From the human T2T-CHM13v2.0 reference genome, Homo sapiens, in assembly GCF_009914755.1 (NCBI RefSeq), contig NC_060945.1: DNA of 64,000 nucleotides; one strand, written 5' to 3'. Below the pieces are notes generated by a model, which was not told the DNA's origin, made no database searches, and was given only the letters and a program-made list of their open reading frames with translations. Positions 1 to 13,467 of the stretch are shown in pieces. The translations under genes and the position numbers were made by a program. Numbering within the stretch: position 1 is the stretch's first letter; each line of letters opens with the position of its first letter.

Positions 1-784
1 TATACTCATAAAATTAAGTCAAATCCAATATTTAAGAATGTGGATCTCTGTCTGCTTCTCTCTCTCTGCCTTTGTTGTTGTTGTTGTTAATCAGGAATGT
101 AAATCTTTTCAGAAATCTTCCAGAACACTGAACTTTAGGTCGTAAGATGGACAGGATTAGGACACATGCCTATGTCCTTGTAAGGAAAGGAGTATGAAAG
201 TAAAAGGAAAGAAAAAGGAATGAGGAAAAAAAATTATCCTTTTCAGAAATCAAATTATATTCTACAAAGATAGAATAATGTTAAGAAGTTTTATTTTACC
301 TTCAGAAATGTTATTGAATTGATAGTGATACAGTCATGATAAGATAGAAACAAATGATAATGATTAAATAAAATATCAGAGAGGTTGTGATAATTGTTTA
401 ATTAGGAAACAATTAAGGTATGCTCTAATCTCATATCTTATTATTGCACAGATTCCAGAGAGATTAGCATAATTAATTGAATAACCTGAAGCCATAAAAT
501 AGATTCAAATGAATATATTTTTGATGTTGAGATCAGAATATGTCTAATGATAAAAGTGAAATCACAAATGAAAAGAGAGATCACAAATGAAAATATATAT
601 ATCTATATATATATATGGTTTAATGACATGATAAAAAGATTTAAAAGAAAAATGCTCCAAAAATATTTGCCATTTATTTCATGAGTGATTGTATATTATT
701 GCTAAAGTCAAAGAGCTTTACAGAATAATTTGTTTTTAAAAACCCACATAATTTTCCCATAAAGGGGCAAAGAGCAGAGACATG

Positions 785-1550
785 TAAACCAAAACCACAA
801 TGAGATACCACCTCACACCAGTCAGAATGGCCATTATTAGAAAGTCAAAAAATAACAGATGCTGGTGAGGTTGTGGAGAAAAATGAATGATTTTAAACTG
901 TTTGTAGGAGTGTGAATTAGCTCAACCATTGTGGAAGACAGTGTGGCGATTCCGCAAATATCTAGAGGCAGAAATACCATTCAATCCAGCAATCCCATTA
1001 CTGGATATATACCCAAAGGAATATAAATAATTCTATTATAAAGACACCTGCACATGTACGTTCATTGCAGCACTATTCACAATAGCAAAGGCATGGAATC
1101 AACCAAAAAGCCCATCAATGATAGAAAGGATAAAGAAAATGTGGTACAAATACACCATGGAATACTATGCAGCCATAAAAGGGAATGAGATCATGTCCTT
1201 TGCAGGGACACGGATGCAGTTGGGCGCCATTATCCTTAGCACACTAATGCAGGAACAGAAAACCAAATACCATGTGTCCTCACCTATAAGTGGGCACTGA
1301 ATGATGAGAACACATGGACACATGGGGAGAGCAACACACTCCAGGGCCTGTCAGAGGTCAGGGAGTGGAAGGAGGGAGAGCATCAGGAAGAATAGCTAAT
1401 GGATGCTGGGCTTAATACCTAGGTGATGGGATGACCTGTGCAGTAAACCCCCATGGCACATGTTTACCCATGTAACAAACCTGCACATTCTGCACATGTA
1501 CCCCTGAACTTAAAAGTTGGAAATTAAAAAAGAAAATAAATTAAAAGAAT
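785..1550 (+). mobile_element. LINE-1 3' fragment (L1PA13-16/L1PB-like): end of ORF2 plus 3' UTR and A-rich tail
   Basis: Contains aaaaccacaatgagataccacctcacaccagtcagaatgg and the 3' UTR motif aaacctgcacattctgcacatgtacccctgaac. ORF 1118-1300 (IKKMWYKYTMEYYAAIK) is the L1 ORF2 C-terminus. Confidence 0.93.
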
Positions 1551-1796
1551 AAAGAATATTTGTACCTCTATTTTTATTTTGACAACTTTACAATACATAG
1601 TACTGCAAATGAAAAAAATATGTGTAAAGAATAAATTATGAAAGAAAAACTACTAAAACCAAAAATTACAAATTTGAACATGATTATATTTTCTATCATA
1701 TTGTAAAAGGAGAATAAACATGAATATATAAGGGGTGTTAAGGATGTTAAAAATTGGTCCTTCATATTTAGCATGTTGAAACCAATTACAACTATC

Positions 1797-2057
1797 ACTG
1801 TAATCTCAGCACTTGGGAGGCCAAGCCAGGAAAATAGCTCGAGGCCAAGAGTTTGAGACCAACCTGGGCAACACAGTGAGACCCTGTCTTTACAAAAAAT
1901 TTAATAATTACCCTAGTGTGGTGGCACACACCTGTAGTCCTAGCTACTCAGGAGTCTGAGGTAGGAGGACCACTTGAGCCCAGGAGTCTGAAGCTGTAGT
2001 GTGCTATGATCACACCACTGCACTCCAGCCTGAGTGACAGACAGGTTGTCTCAAAAA
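1797..2057 (+). mobile_element. AluJ-type SINE, 5'-clipped and diverged
   Basis: Two-arm Alu with J-type motifs (ctgggcaacacagtgagaccctgtct; cacttgagcccaggag). Confidence 0.9.
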
Positions 2058-2189
2058 TCTAGGAAAAATTTTTTTTAAATTTGTTAAAAAGGTAGCACTA
2101 CCTCAACTAGTTTCTGGAACATGTTTCAGTAACACATATATTAAAATATTAAAATATGCTTTTGACTTATTAATACGGTGGTCAAAATA

Positions 2190-2380
2190 CTACTCTACAT
2201 GCTTTGTAAATATTAACCTGTATAATCTTACAAGTCTATAAACTAGTTATTTTTGTTTCTCTTCTACAGATGAGAAAACTGGGTTACTGAGGGGTTAAGT
2301 AAATGAACTCTGGGCTCACAGTTGATATGTATTAGAGCCAGATTTCAACACCATGGTGTCTGTCTCAAGAGCTCACATGC
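2190..2380 (-). mobile_element. MIR SINE
   Basis: Reverse MIR core acagatgagaaaactg...ggttaagtaa...agagccagatttcaac. Confidence 0.7.
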
Positions 2381-2840
2381 AGTTTGCCTCTCTACCTTTA
2401 ATAATCTCACTTACAGAAATATTTAGAGGCATTATGAAGATGTATGTAGAAGGTATTTGCATAAGGAATTTTTAATGCAGCTAAAACTTTGATATGGAGT
2501 AAGTTCCAAACACAGGAGAATTTTGTTTAAAATGTTTACACTCATCATAATTGCCAGTGGTAATCTTATGCTTCCAGCTGGTGATTAATCCCATCAGCAC
2601 TTTCTGTATCTTAAGTAAATGACAAAATCCATGTTCCAAAAACATCTGATCTGTAGTCTTTTTTAGCAAGAGTTTGGCAAATTCTTGGCAGTATCAGCAA
2701 AAGTGTGAATCTTTGGACAGAGGAGGTAGGCTATAGGAAGAAGGAAGTGTTCAAATTGTATGATTGCTTGGTAGACATCTCCCTTTCAGTCTTCATCCTT
2801 ATCTCTTCTTACCAGCCAAAAGATTTCATTGCAAAATTCT

Positions 2841-3170
2841 CTTTCTTTCTCTCTCTCTCTCTTTCTTTCTTTCGTTCGTTCGTTCATTTTTTAGATGGAG
2901 TCTCACTCTGTCACGCAGGCTGGAGTGCAGTGGCGCGATCTCTGTTCACTGCAACCCCACCTCCCAGGTTCAAGTGATTCTCCTGCCTCAGCTTCCTAAG
3001 TAGCTGGGACTACAGGTGCATGCCACCATGCCCGGCTAATTTCTGTATTTTTAGTACAGATGGGATTTCACCATGTTGGCCAGCATGGTCTCTATCTCTT
3101 GACCTCATGATTCACCAGCCTCGGCCTCCCAAAGTGCTGGGATTACAGCTGTGAGCCACCACACCCGGCC
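2841..3170 (-). mobile_element. AluS (AluSc-like) with tail converted to (CT)n/(CTTT)n/(CGTT)n
   Basis: Full reverse Alu ending cacccggcc at 3170; TSD-like flanks caaaattct / caaagttct. Confidence 0.92.
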
Positions 3171-3612
3171 ACAAAGTTCTATTTCTGCATTGTCTTCTAT
3201 TCAGAAAAGATTTTGTCACTTTCAAATAGGGATCATAGATTCAGTCTGTTTCTCTGCCTAGTCTCTCTTTTACCCTAACCTCTCTTTCGGAGATAGACCA
3301 AAAGATAGATAGACCGACAATGAGAGAGAATGAGTGATAGTCCAGAATAGAGAAGGAGAGCAGGAGAACATGGGAGAGAGAGCGAGGCAATTTTTTCTTA
3401 TGTGCTCTAACTTGATCCCTCTGTTTTATGGACTTTCTGTGTATGCTCTGCTGTCTAAAGTTTAGGAAAAAAACTTTACCATGCTCAGCTTAAGTTAAAC
3501 ATGTTTAATCTCTTAATCTATGTCAAGTGGTAGAACTGATAACCCCAAGAGATTAACCGTCATCTCCACTTTTCCAGCTCCTGGAATACTATATATCCTG
3601 AATCACCTAAGA

Positions 3613-3850
3613 CAGGGGTCCCAAATCCCTAGGCCATGGACCACACAGCAGGAGGTGAGCTGCGAGTATTACTGCCTGAACTCTGTCTCCTGTCCGATCA
3701 GTGGCAGCATTAGATTCTCACAGGAGTGCGAATCCTATTGTGAACTGTACATGTGAGGAATCTGGATTGTGTGCTCCTTATGCTAATCTTTTAATAATGT
3801 CTGATGATCTAAGGTGGAAGAGTTTCATCCTGAAACCATCCCCACCCTCC
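3613..3850 (+). mobile_element. MER1B-like hAT-Charlie DNA transposon, 3'-truncated
   Basis: Starts at TIR caggggtccc and contains gcattagattctcacaggag...cctattgtgaactg...tttcatcctgaaaccatcccc. Confidence 0.85.
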
Positions 3851-4726
3851 TAATCGAAGCAAAAATCTGAACAAATTTTATGAACAGATGGGAACACTGT
3901 CTTTTGCAGAAGATGGGGATTATAAAAGACACATCATCATGAATTGATCCCCTCACATGTGGAGAGTGAAAATATTAATAAGAAACTGTAGGAGAAAACA
4001 TGAAAGAGAGAGAGAAAAAAATTCAGAGAAGTAACCATAGATACCAAAACAAAAACAAAAACTCCTCTGTAATGAATAAAATGTCTTGGCAAAAATATAG
4101 ACATTGCCCCTTTCCTGGACTACTCTCCGTCTTATGCCCAGAGTATAACAGCTGCAAAGAAGTAAAATAAATATTATGTTTGAAATGCAGATGAAGTTTA
4201 ACAAAGGGGCATTTAATGGATGCAGAGAATTTTAAAATGTTTGATTCCCTATTAACTTGTTGGGTGATCTCATTTACAAAGAGAGGATTTGTGTTATTTT
4301 TGAAGAATTTAGAATGTCACAGAATTTAAAGTTGTAAGCTTGTTACATTAGAATGATGGTCATTGATATCAAGGTTTAAGAGTCTTCTGTTTGGGAGACT
4401 TCCAAGAAAACATTTACTATATAGTGGGTTAAATTACAGAGCCATACGAAGAAAATTCTAAGTTTTTGAAACATTAGTAAGAAGATTTTAAGCAAAACCT
4501 CAAAGCCTAACTTTGCGTGCCTTTGTTTTTGTTAACTATGTGGGATTCTAAATTACATTAAGATTATCTCCTCGATCCCAGTAGGAAAATGCAAGGTTTT
4601 GATTGGTATTTGTCAAGATGATACTTAATGTTTATATTGCATGTCTTATTTTAAAAATATGCAGCATGATGTATTAGGTTTGTAGGAGAAAGCGGTATAA
4701 AATGCATAAGCCATATATAATCTATC

Positions 4727-5003
4727 TGATATGGTTTGGCTGTGCCCTCACCCAAATCTCATCATAAATTGTAATTCCCACAATTCCCACTTGTTGTGGG
4801 AAGAACCTGGTGGGAGGTCATTGAATCATGGGGGCAGGTCTTTCCCATGCTATTCTGGTGATAGTGAATATGTCTCATAAGATTTGATGGTTTTAAAAAG
4901 GGGAGATTCCCTCACAAGCTCTCTCATCTTGTCTGCTGCCATGTGAGATGTGCCTTTCATCTTCCGTCATGATTATGAGGTCTCCGCAGCCATGTGGAAC
5001 TGT
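4727..5003 (+). mobile_element. THE1B-like MaLR LTR, 3'-truncated
   Basis: Starts tgatatggtttggctgtg...cccaaatctcatc and follows the consensus to cagccatgtggaactgt. Confidence 0.9.
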
Positions 5004-5861
5004 GGAACTACGGAAATTTAAGTCAAAATTGTAAGGAGGGATTTAGAAGTTTTTTAAAAAATGCAAAAATTGTGGTTTTAAAATTAAATAATTGGGAGGT
5101 AAATTTGTTTACGGAGCCAGATATCATGTATATACAACTTGTATTTGAAAAAATGAATTACGGAATTATAGAATAATTAGTGTGCAGCATTTTGGAGAAT
5201 GCGTTATTAGAGCTTTTCTCATCATCCCTAGGTGGAAAAGAGCCTTATCTCCAGGTGGCTGATAATCTCCACCAAGACAAGCCTAGTAATAGAATATTCA
5301 CTTTTTGTAATACTTTGGAAACCTTCATTTTTTAATATTTTAATGAATTCCAATGCCCTTCAATTAAAAATAATTGAATTAAAGCTATCCATCCCCAGTG
5401 TGAAAATACGATGAGAAATTCAAATGCCACTTCATCAACAGAACTTTAAACACAGGTTTAAAAATACAACATTCAGCTAGCAGAAAAATTCCTCAATGTA
5501 TTACTTTTTGACTGCGATATTACCCTTTGTTCTTCTGAAGAACTTATTTTTTCTTTTTTTTTGCAACTGTATCTGAATTACCTTTCAGATGATTGCCATA
5601 TTGTCTGTGATTTCCCTTATATTTAAACACTTTACAAATATGTGTTTTACGTTATGAACTCAATCTCCATGTTTTCAAAATCTACATTTTTGCTTTTCAA
5701 ATCTGTATTATTATCTTTATTAAGTTTGTCAACTTGTGAATACAGAACTTTTTCCCCAAAGGGATCCTTAAAGTCCTGGAAGTGTGTGTATTGTGTGCTG
5801 CAAAGGCGAATTTACATCAATGTATTAAAGAGAAACTATAAAATTGATCCATTAAGAATTA

Positions 5862-6089
<228 letters not shown>

Positions 6090-6657
6090 CTAATTTCTTC
6101 TTGTATACATATCTTAAATGTTGGGAACAGGGAGGTAGGAGGGAGAATCTTGCTAAAACTATAAAAAGAAAAAAGAGAAAATTTATGGATTTATTGTTAA
6201 ATTAATGGTCTTTTAAGAGTATTTAATATTATAGAAGACAGTAGTTGTATTTAAGCTTTAAAAAGAGCATAAAATCTGTGTATATTTCCCATTTAATAAA
6301 ATTTAATGTATATTCACACATGAACACTATGCATTTGGTAATGTTCTATTACTAAAATCCTATGGATAGAAACAAGTTCATTAACTGATTTGGTTTGGCT
6401 CAGGAGCCCAGTTGCAGGGTAACAGAAACACATAAATGAACAATTAGCTAAATCAATGACGTTTAAACATCTGTTTTAAAAACTAGGCTTGGGTAATAAA
6501 GCCATAAGTAATTCTTATTATTTTTAAATAAAAATGCTTACTCAGTTGAATTTCTGCCCTTCCTCTAGCACTTCTCTAAGATGGGTTTTGGGATATCATT
6601 GAGAGCCTTGTACAACCGTCAACACTGTGAGCCCTACCTCCTCTTTGATTTTCTGAG

Positions 6658-6859
6658 CAGTTGTGTGCTACTAAATGATTCAAAATTGTCTCTCTGAAAA
6701 ACAGGCAAACAAATAAAAATCTGACTTGTCGCATTTGCCAGTTTCCATGGTGTAAATACTCTTATGATCACTTCTAAAACTTCCAATATGCAATTGTTGA
6801 GAAGAGATGTGCACCGTTGGCCCCAGGAAGCCAGCGGGAACCTCTGTCATACTTCACTG
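6658..6859 (-). mobile_element. MER63A-like hAT MITE
   Basis: Termini cagttgtgtgct...cactg; internal tttgccagtttccatggtgtaaatactc and aagagatgtgcac; degenerate 8-bp TSD tttctgag / cttctcag. Confidence 0.7.
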
Positions 6860-7002
6860 CTTCTCAGGCACAGTCTGCTCCAAGAATACCTCTCCCATTT
6901 CTGGCAGTTTTTGGAGGTGGTTTAATGTATGACCTGTTCTTTCTAGGCTTGCTCAGGACTGCTATATTGGACCTTACCTTGTGCCCTGTCAAAGCTCTAG
7001 AA

Positions 7003-7192
7003 TAGAGGTTAGAAACTTTTTCTTAAAGGTCTAGAGAGTAATTAATTTTAGACTTGCAGGCAAATGGCTTCTGTTGCAAAAAAAATTAACTCCGCCCTTG
7101 AAGCTCAAAGGCAGCTGCATAAAATGATGGATGTGGCTGCATCCCGGTAAATTTCATTTATAAAAACAGGCCCTGCAGCTCTTAACTGTCCC
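7003..7192 (+). mobile_element. MER58A-like hAT-Charlie MITE
   Basis: aaactttttcttaaaggtctagagagtaa...atgtggctgcatcccggtaaatttcatttataaaaacaggc. Confidence 0.75.
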
Positions 7193-10100
7193 TTGCTCAC
7201 AAACTCCTGAATTTCTGCTACAGCCTTCGACCAGCTCTGAACCGCAAGCTGTTGACACCACGGCTTCTGTGCAGGACTAGCATGAAAAGTTATCTCTTCC
7301 CTGTATTCGACTGCACTGTATAGTCAAAACCACTCTGCTTTCTTCCTCAGCTCGAATTATCAAACACCAAACCAAGAGCAGAAATAAAAATTTTGGCCAC
7401 TTACCTTCTGTCTGTTTTCTTGTATTTTCTTTTCTCTTGATCCATGCCAGAAAGAAAAGGCAGTATTATTCCTGCTATGTCATGTTATCCTTCTACTAAA
7501 GAACAAAAATCACACAGTCCAGCTGGCATAGGCATCATGCCAGGGTGCAATTCTCTGCTCTGAATCCTTCAAACTTGTTCTTCAGGAGCTTGAAATATCT
7601 TTTTGTCTAAACCCGAATTTCAAAATCACTGCCTTGCTAAAGGGATCAAATACTCCACCTGCTTGGAGATGGTATCCTCATGATTCAGCTTTCAATGGGA
7701 GATGATTGAAAAGGGAAATTAAAATTCATTTAAATACTTCCTATGATATATGCATATTAATATTAGAAAAACATCAAAATAACAACAGTGCTTATATTTT
7801 TCTGGTGTAAGTAACTTTTAAAAATTACACAAGTAATCACACAAATAACTGCAAATTATTTTAAAATCAGAATAATTAAAATCTTAAAATAGTTGAAATT
7901 GAGAAGACTATGAGAAGCCTATACAAAATATTCTACAAGTTATTCCACATTATTTTCATGATAATTAAGTGGAAATTTAGGTAGTAGACTAATTAGCAAA
8001 TTAAAAAAAGAAAATATGGTTATAGCAAAATGAAATAGATTCTCATGCCAAAGCTTGCCTGAGAGTTTTAGCCACAGACAAGGGGGAATATCTGTGTAAT
8101 AGGGATGTTGCAGATGGTCCGATTTCCCTGAACCTAAACTAATCACTGCTCCTGCTTTGGTCTAAGAGAAAAAAAGCATCCCTTCAAAAGCATGAGAATG
8201 TGTGTTACATAAACCACTAGTTCTTTCTAATTCTTTTGCTCAGTCCTATCATTTAAAGCCTGAATAGATTAGAAATACTCTATTTAAATTTTTACATTTA
8301 AACAGTAGTCAAATGTATTTCACTATTGTATGAAGCTTGATATTTACATGCGAATTGAGTTTCATGAGATATCAAAGAATAACGATGTAGAAGATAATCT
8401 GTTACATACTCTTTTGAAGTATATTTTTTATGAAAAAATCTCTTGCATTTGGCTTTGTTTGTCTGTGTTTTATTTCAGGGTCATTATATTTTATCCACAT
8501 GGAACATATTCTAGAACACATTTTCCTTTAACTTTATAAGAGACAGATAAGTATTATATGCATCACTGATATCTGAACATGATTAAGAAAATTAAATTGC
8601 CCGGGCCTAAATAATTCTTTAAAAGTGTCCCATTAGAAAAATCAGAACATGTCACATTGTAATTATTATCTTTTATAAAACATCACTATATTTAGAAAAA
8701 TAAGTACATTATGGTGAAATAGCAAGGAAAAACCTACACTAATAAAATATATGCATACCGATGATATTTCTAACTGAATATTTTTAAATCACATTTATTA
8801 AAGGCAAGTTCGGATAAGTACTACTAATATTTTTATTTCAAAGAGTATTCTTCAACTGATGATATTTTTAAGTCTAGAGATACTGTGGCATTTTTTTGAA
8901 ATATCAGTATCAATGAGTATATGTCACAACTTACTAGCATCAAATTAACTGAAAGAAAAAACCTAGATAAATAGAAATTTAAAAATTCAAAGATTTTTAA
9001 CTCATCTATGCACATTTTCTCAATTTATAATTTGGGAAACTCAGGCACCTATGTTCCCTGAACTCACAAGTACTAGCAAAAATAGATATAGCACATGAGT
9101 TTAGATTCTTTACATGAGGGTATTGGGGTATAGAAAAAAAAGGCCTATGAAAGAAGAGGTAAAATTATAGCCAGTAGCATTTTATTGTCATTGTTCAAAG
9201 ATAAAGAGCTAGGGGCTGCAATGCAGCTCTTTATTTTCTTGGCATGCTTGATTTTGAGATTTTAATTTATCTAAACTGAAGAGAAACCACTGGCTCAGGG
9301 GAAACCAAGTTTGTCATTTGATTGCTTGTGTGCTTGCTTGCTTGTTTTCCTAAGACTAATACCTGGGAGAAATATCTCCAGGGAGCACCTAATGATGTAG
9401 AGATATTTGTCCCCAAGGGTGTTCCTTCAAAACACTCAAGTGGGTGCTGTTTACTATTTTATATCACTTTTCCTCAGTGAAAGACAATTTTCCAAATGGC
9501 CAATCACTTCTCAGCATTCTAATTGTTTAATCTGATTGAAGAATAAAATTGAGACTAGCTTGAGAAGTGATCATTTGATCAAGGCCAGTCACACAATCTT
9601 TACAAGACTCTAACTCAGATCTCTGGAATCATAGGTAATAATATCACCAGTACTGAATTTTAGATGTAATTGAGAATTTCCTGAACTACTGTGTAGGTTC
9701 AATCTTATTTTGCTTTCATTTTCCTTTATTCCTATATTTATCAGGATAGTCTCTGGTAATTTTAATTTTTTACTTTAGAAGGTTTATTCTTTGTTATTCT
9801 TCAAAAGCTCCTTATAGATTTCCCATGTGTCAAGTAAGTAGATATATGCTATCTAAAAAATAAATTGACTGAATATTCAGTTCAATCAAACAACTGCATG
9901 TCGACAGATTGAAAGGAATACATTTGCTAAGAATAAATGTACAAGTTTCTTGCATTACCAGTCTTGAGACCAAGGTTACCCACAGCTCAAGTACTTCTTT
10001 GCTATAATTTTACAACCTCACTTTATCATGGTTTTGAGTAGAGACAATTTCTTCTTTAACCCTTTATTATTTATGGTAGTTACAAATAATGTATAACATA

Positions 10101-10409
10101 GTACATGTGCTATGTTTAATGGATTTTGAGTGAATAAATGATACATATAATTTCATAAATAATAAGTTTATATGATTACATAAATTATAAAAGTCTTAAA
10201 TCAATCACCGTGTTTTACTCTGTCTATAATTTGGTCCATTAATTAATTAATTATTAAGATGCCATTCATATAAAATTTCAGTAATGGGAGTAAGTCTTCT
10301 TATTGGTGTCTTTTAACAATGAAGATGATTTTGGGTATGAAGTTATGGAAGAAATAACAGTTGTATAAAATAGTAAGGAGATTTATTTATTCAAGTAACA
10401 AGAATATAT

Positions 10410-10512
10410 TTTTGGAGGCTGAGGCGGGAGGATGGCTTGAAGCCAGGAACTGGATACCAGCCTGGGCAAGAAAGTGAGATCCCCACCTCTACAAAAAGAA
10501 AAAAAAAAAAAG
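10410..10512 (+). mobile_element. FLAM-like Alu monomer
   Basis: ggaggctgaggcgggaggatggcttgaagccagg...A tail; flanking repeat gtaacaagaa at 10395-10404 and 10516-10525. Confidence 0.8.
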
Positions 10513-10525
10513 AAGGTAACAAGAA

Positions 10526-10700
10526 GAATGATCCTGGGAAGGATGACTTTTCTATTGGTTAATTCATGGGCCCAGTGATATCATTAATTACCTGACTCCA
10601 TTTCACCTTTCTGCTCTATCATTCCTAGTGTTTTTCCAGTGTGCCTCATGGATGTAAGAGGGCTGCAGCGGCTCCACACAACACATACTCACATTCTAGT
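10526..10700 (-). mobile_element. Ancient MLT1/LTR33-class LTR fragment
   Basis: ttggttaattcatgggcccagtgatatcatt...ttctgctctatcattcc...ggctgcagcggctccacac resembles old ERVL/MaLR LTRs; family uncertain. Confidence 0.45.
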
Positions 10701-11250
10701 ATGTAGAATGGCATGAACTGTCTAATCCCTAATGACTGGAACGGAACCACCCATCATGATTCTCCTCTGGACCTGGGGCTAGTTATTGGCTGTAGCGAAG
10801 GATTGTAGGGTTAAATACTGTTAGCTGGGAGCATAACTAAGAGTCTGCTGCATATCTGCATTGTACTGAGTTAGAAAGTTATTTTAATTTTCACAGATTG
10901 CGGCACAATGAGTGATCACTGCTTGATGAGGAATGATGAAGGCGGCATTCAATAAATGATTTGAGGAAGGTGCAGAGACCAAAAGTTCTGTATTGTTTCC
11001 ATTCCAACAGGCTGAGAAAAGCCATGTTATTATGTGCAGTCACAGTATTAATACCAATTTTTCAAGGTGAGACTTATGAAATTAGCAAGAAATGGGACAT
11101 TTGACAATATATAATATGAAATGATGATCCGTTGGCCTGAATAAGAAAAGATGAGTTAGAACGCTACAAAGAATCTTTCTGTTCACTGATGGGACAATTA
11201 TCAAATGCATGAATACCCCTTTCCTACCCATTAATTTAAATCCTCTTTAA

Positions 11251-11560
11251 GGCCAGGCACAGTGGCTCATGACTGTAATCTCAGCACTTTGGGAGGCTGA
11301 GGCCAGCAGATCATTTGAGGTCAGGAGTTCGAGACCAGCCTAGCCAACGTGGTGAAACCCCATCTCTACCAAAAAATACAAAAACGTACCTGGGCATGGT
11401 GGCGCATGCCTGTAGTCCCAGCTACTCAGGATGCTGAGGTGGGAGAATCGATTGAACCTGGGAGGCAGAGGTTGAGCCAAGATCTTGCCACCACACTCTA
11501 GACTGAGCAACAGAGTGAGACCCTATCTCAAAATAAATAGATAGATAAATAAATAAATAA
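11251..11560 (+). mobile_element. Full-length Alu (old S or Jb) with (TAAA/TAGA)n tail
   Basis: ggccaggcacagtggctca...gaggtcaggagttcgagaccagcc...gagaccctatctcaaaataaatag. Confidence 0.93.
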
Positions 11561-11729
11561 TGTTTAATGTAATGTAAATCACTTTATTTCACATGGGTTC
11601 ATGCAAATTTTAATACATCTTTAAAAAATCAGATTATGTATATATATAAAATTTGCTTATAGTCCACATACATTTGGGTCAGTCCTGCCCAGAAATATGA
11701 AAATGGCACTGCATGATCAATAAAATCAT

Positions 11730-11915
11730 ATGATCTGGAATCTGCTTTCTAATTTCCACTTCATACTCCACTGCTGTGAGATTCTAGACAAATTAACCTC
11801 TTTGTATTTCATTTTTCCTGTCTTCAAAATGGAGATATAATAGTACTTACGTCATTGGAATAGTGCAAAAACTAATAATTCACATAGAGTGCTTAGTAAT
11901 TATTGGCTATTATTA
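11730..11915 (+). mobile_element. MIR SINE
   Basis: ttaacctcttt...tcttcaaaatggagatataatagtacttac...gtgcttag...gctattatt. Confidence 0.65.
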
Positions 11916-13135
11916 CTCTTTCTACTAGCCTGGTGCACTGATTAGTATGATTAATAGCAGTAGTGATGTGGATGGGAGGTTGGAACTTGAAGAGTTGATC
12001 AGGGAAAATTTCCTAGAGGCAGAAAAGTTTGAGGAAATTTTAAGAACACATTCTTTACAGTTTAATATGAGACTGCCACTTTGCCAAACTCTTTTGTAAA
12101 ATTCCTCTGTTGCCTAAAAGTTGAGTAAAGTCTGGTAAACACACAGCCTTGGGTCCAGATCCCTGAGCAGAGTTGGCTTGTGGGAAGTGACACTATGGAG
12201 AAGTTGACTTCTGGGGAATGATATCATTTAGAAAATGGACTGTAGGTGCAGAAGAAAAAAAAAATCCAGAAGACAGATAAAGAAGCGCAGGTATGAATTT
12301 AGAGGTTGAGGTCAGGAGAAATATATGCAGATGATCCTTCATCCATATAACCAGGGACTTCTAGGGGAATGGGAAACAAAGTATTCCCTCCACCCCCACC
12401 ATTTATGGAGAGCTGATTTAAGCAAATTTTACTTAAATAATAAAGGAAAAGGTGACACAAGCAAGCAACCTGGAGAACTTGGGAACATACAGCAAGTTGG
12501 CATATTGGTTACATATTGAATTATCTTCTGTATTGTCAGAGTGAACAAGCCAGCTTAAAGCAACTCTCCACTTGTAAAACAAATGAAACACATATTTGCT
12601 ATTCTGTGATAAAACATTTTGATAATGTTGAAGGTTGAGTCATGAGCTCAGTTAAGCTTTTTAAATAGTTCAGTCTGATACTTATGACGTTTGTTTCATT
12701 AGCATTAATTTGCTTCTGCAATAAAACCTCCCTGAACATTATTTTGTTGCTACTATATATCATGAGGCACCTCTGTGGGTGCAAAGTGTAAGCATTTCAA
12801 GGTTTTGGAATGGCTAATCTCTAAACCAGCATATCATTAGAGAACCTACAAGTTACAACTTTTGACCCTGCTTGAATTTGTTGTATTACTAGCAACAGAT
12901 ATACACTTTTCAGTGGCCCACTCACTGTCCACAGTCTACTATCTGCATTTACAGGTCTAGTTCCTCAATATGCGACCCTGACCTTGTGAAATGGCCCTTC
13001 TATTCCTCTGCATTTCTTCACTCTTCATATTTAAAGGCTACTTCCAAACCCTATTTGTCAGATAGTTATTTCTGATTATATCTGTGCACTCATTCATTTA
13101 TCAACACATACCACTTATTTTCTAATATGCTAATG

Positions 13136-13467
13136 CAGGGGTGGCCAACCCCTGGGCTGCCACCTGGTACCGGTCTGTGGCCTGTTAGGAACTGGGCTAA
13201 CAAGTGAGCATAACCACCTGAGCTCTGCCGCCTGTCAGATCAGCAGCAACATTAGATTCTCGTAGGAGCATGAACCCTATTGTGAATTGCACATGTGAGG
13301 GATCTAGGTTGCACACTCCTTATGAGAATCTAATGTCTGATGATCTGAGGTGGAACAGTTTCAACCTGAAACCGTCCTCACCTGTTCCTCCTGCCACACG
13401 CACCATCCATGGAAAAATTGTCTTCCATGAAACCGGTCAATGGTGCTAAAAGGATTGGGAACTGCTT
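13136..13467 (+). mobile_element. Full-length MER1B hAT-Charlie element
   Basis: 5' TIR caggggtggccaacccc; 3' end ccatggaaaaattgtcttccatgaaaccggtc...aaaaggattgggaactgct. Confidence 0.9.
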
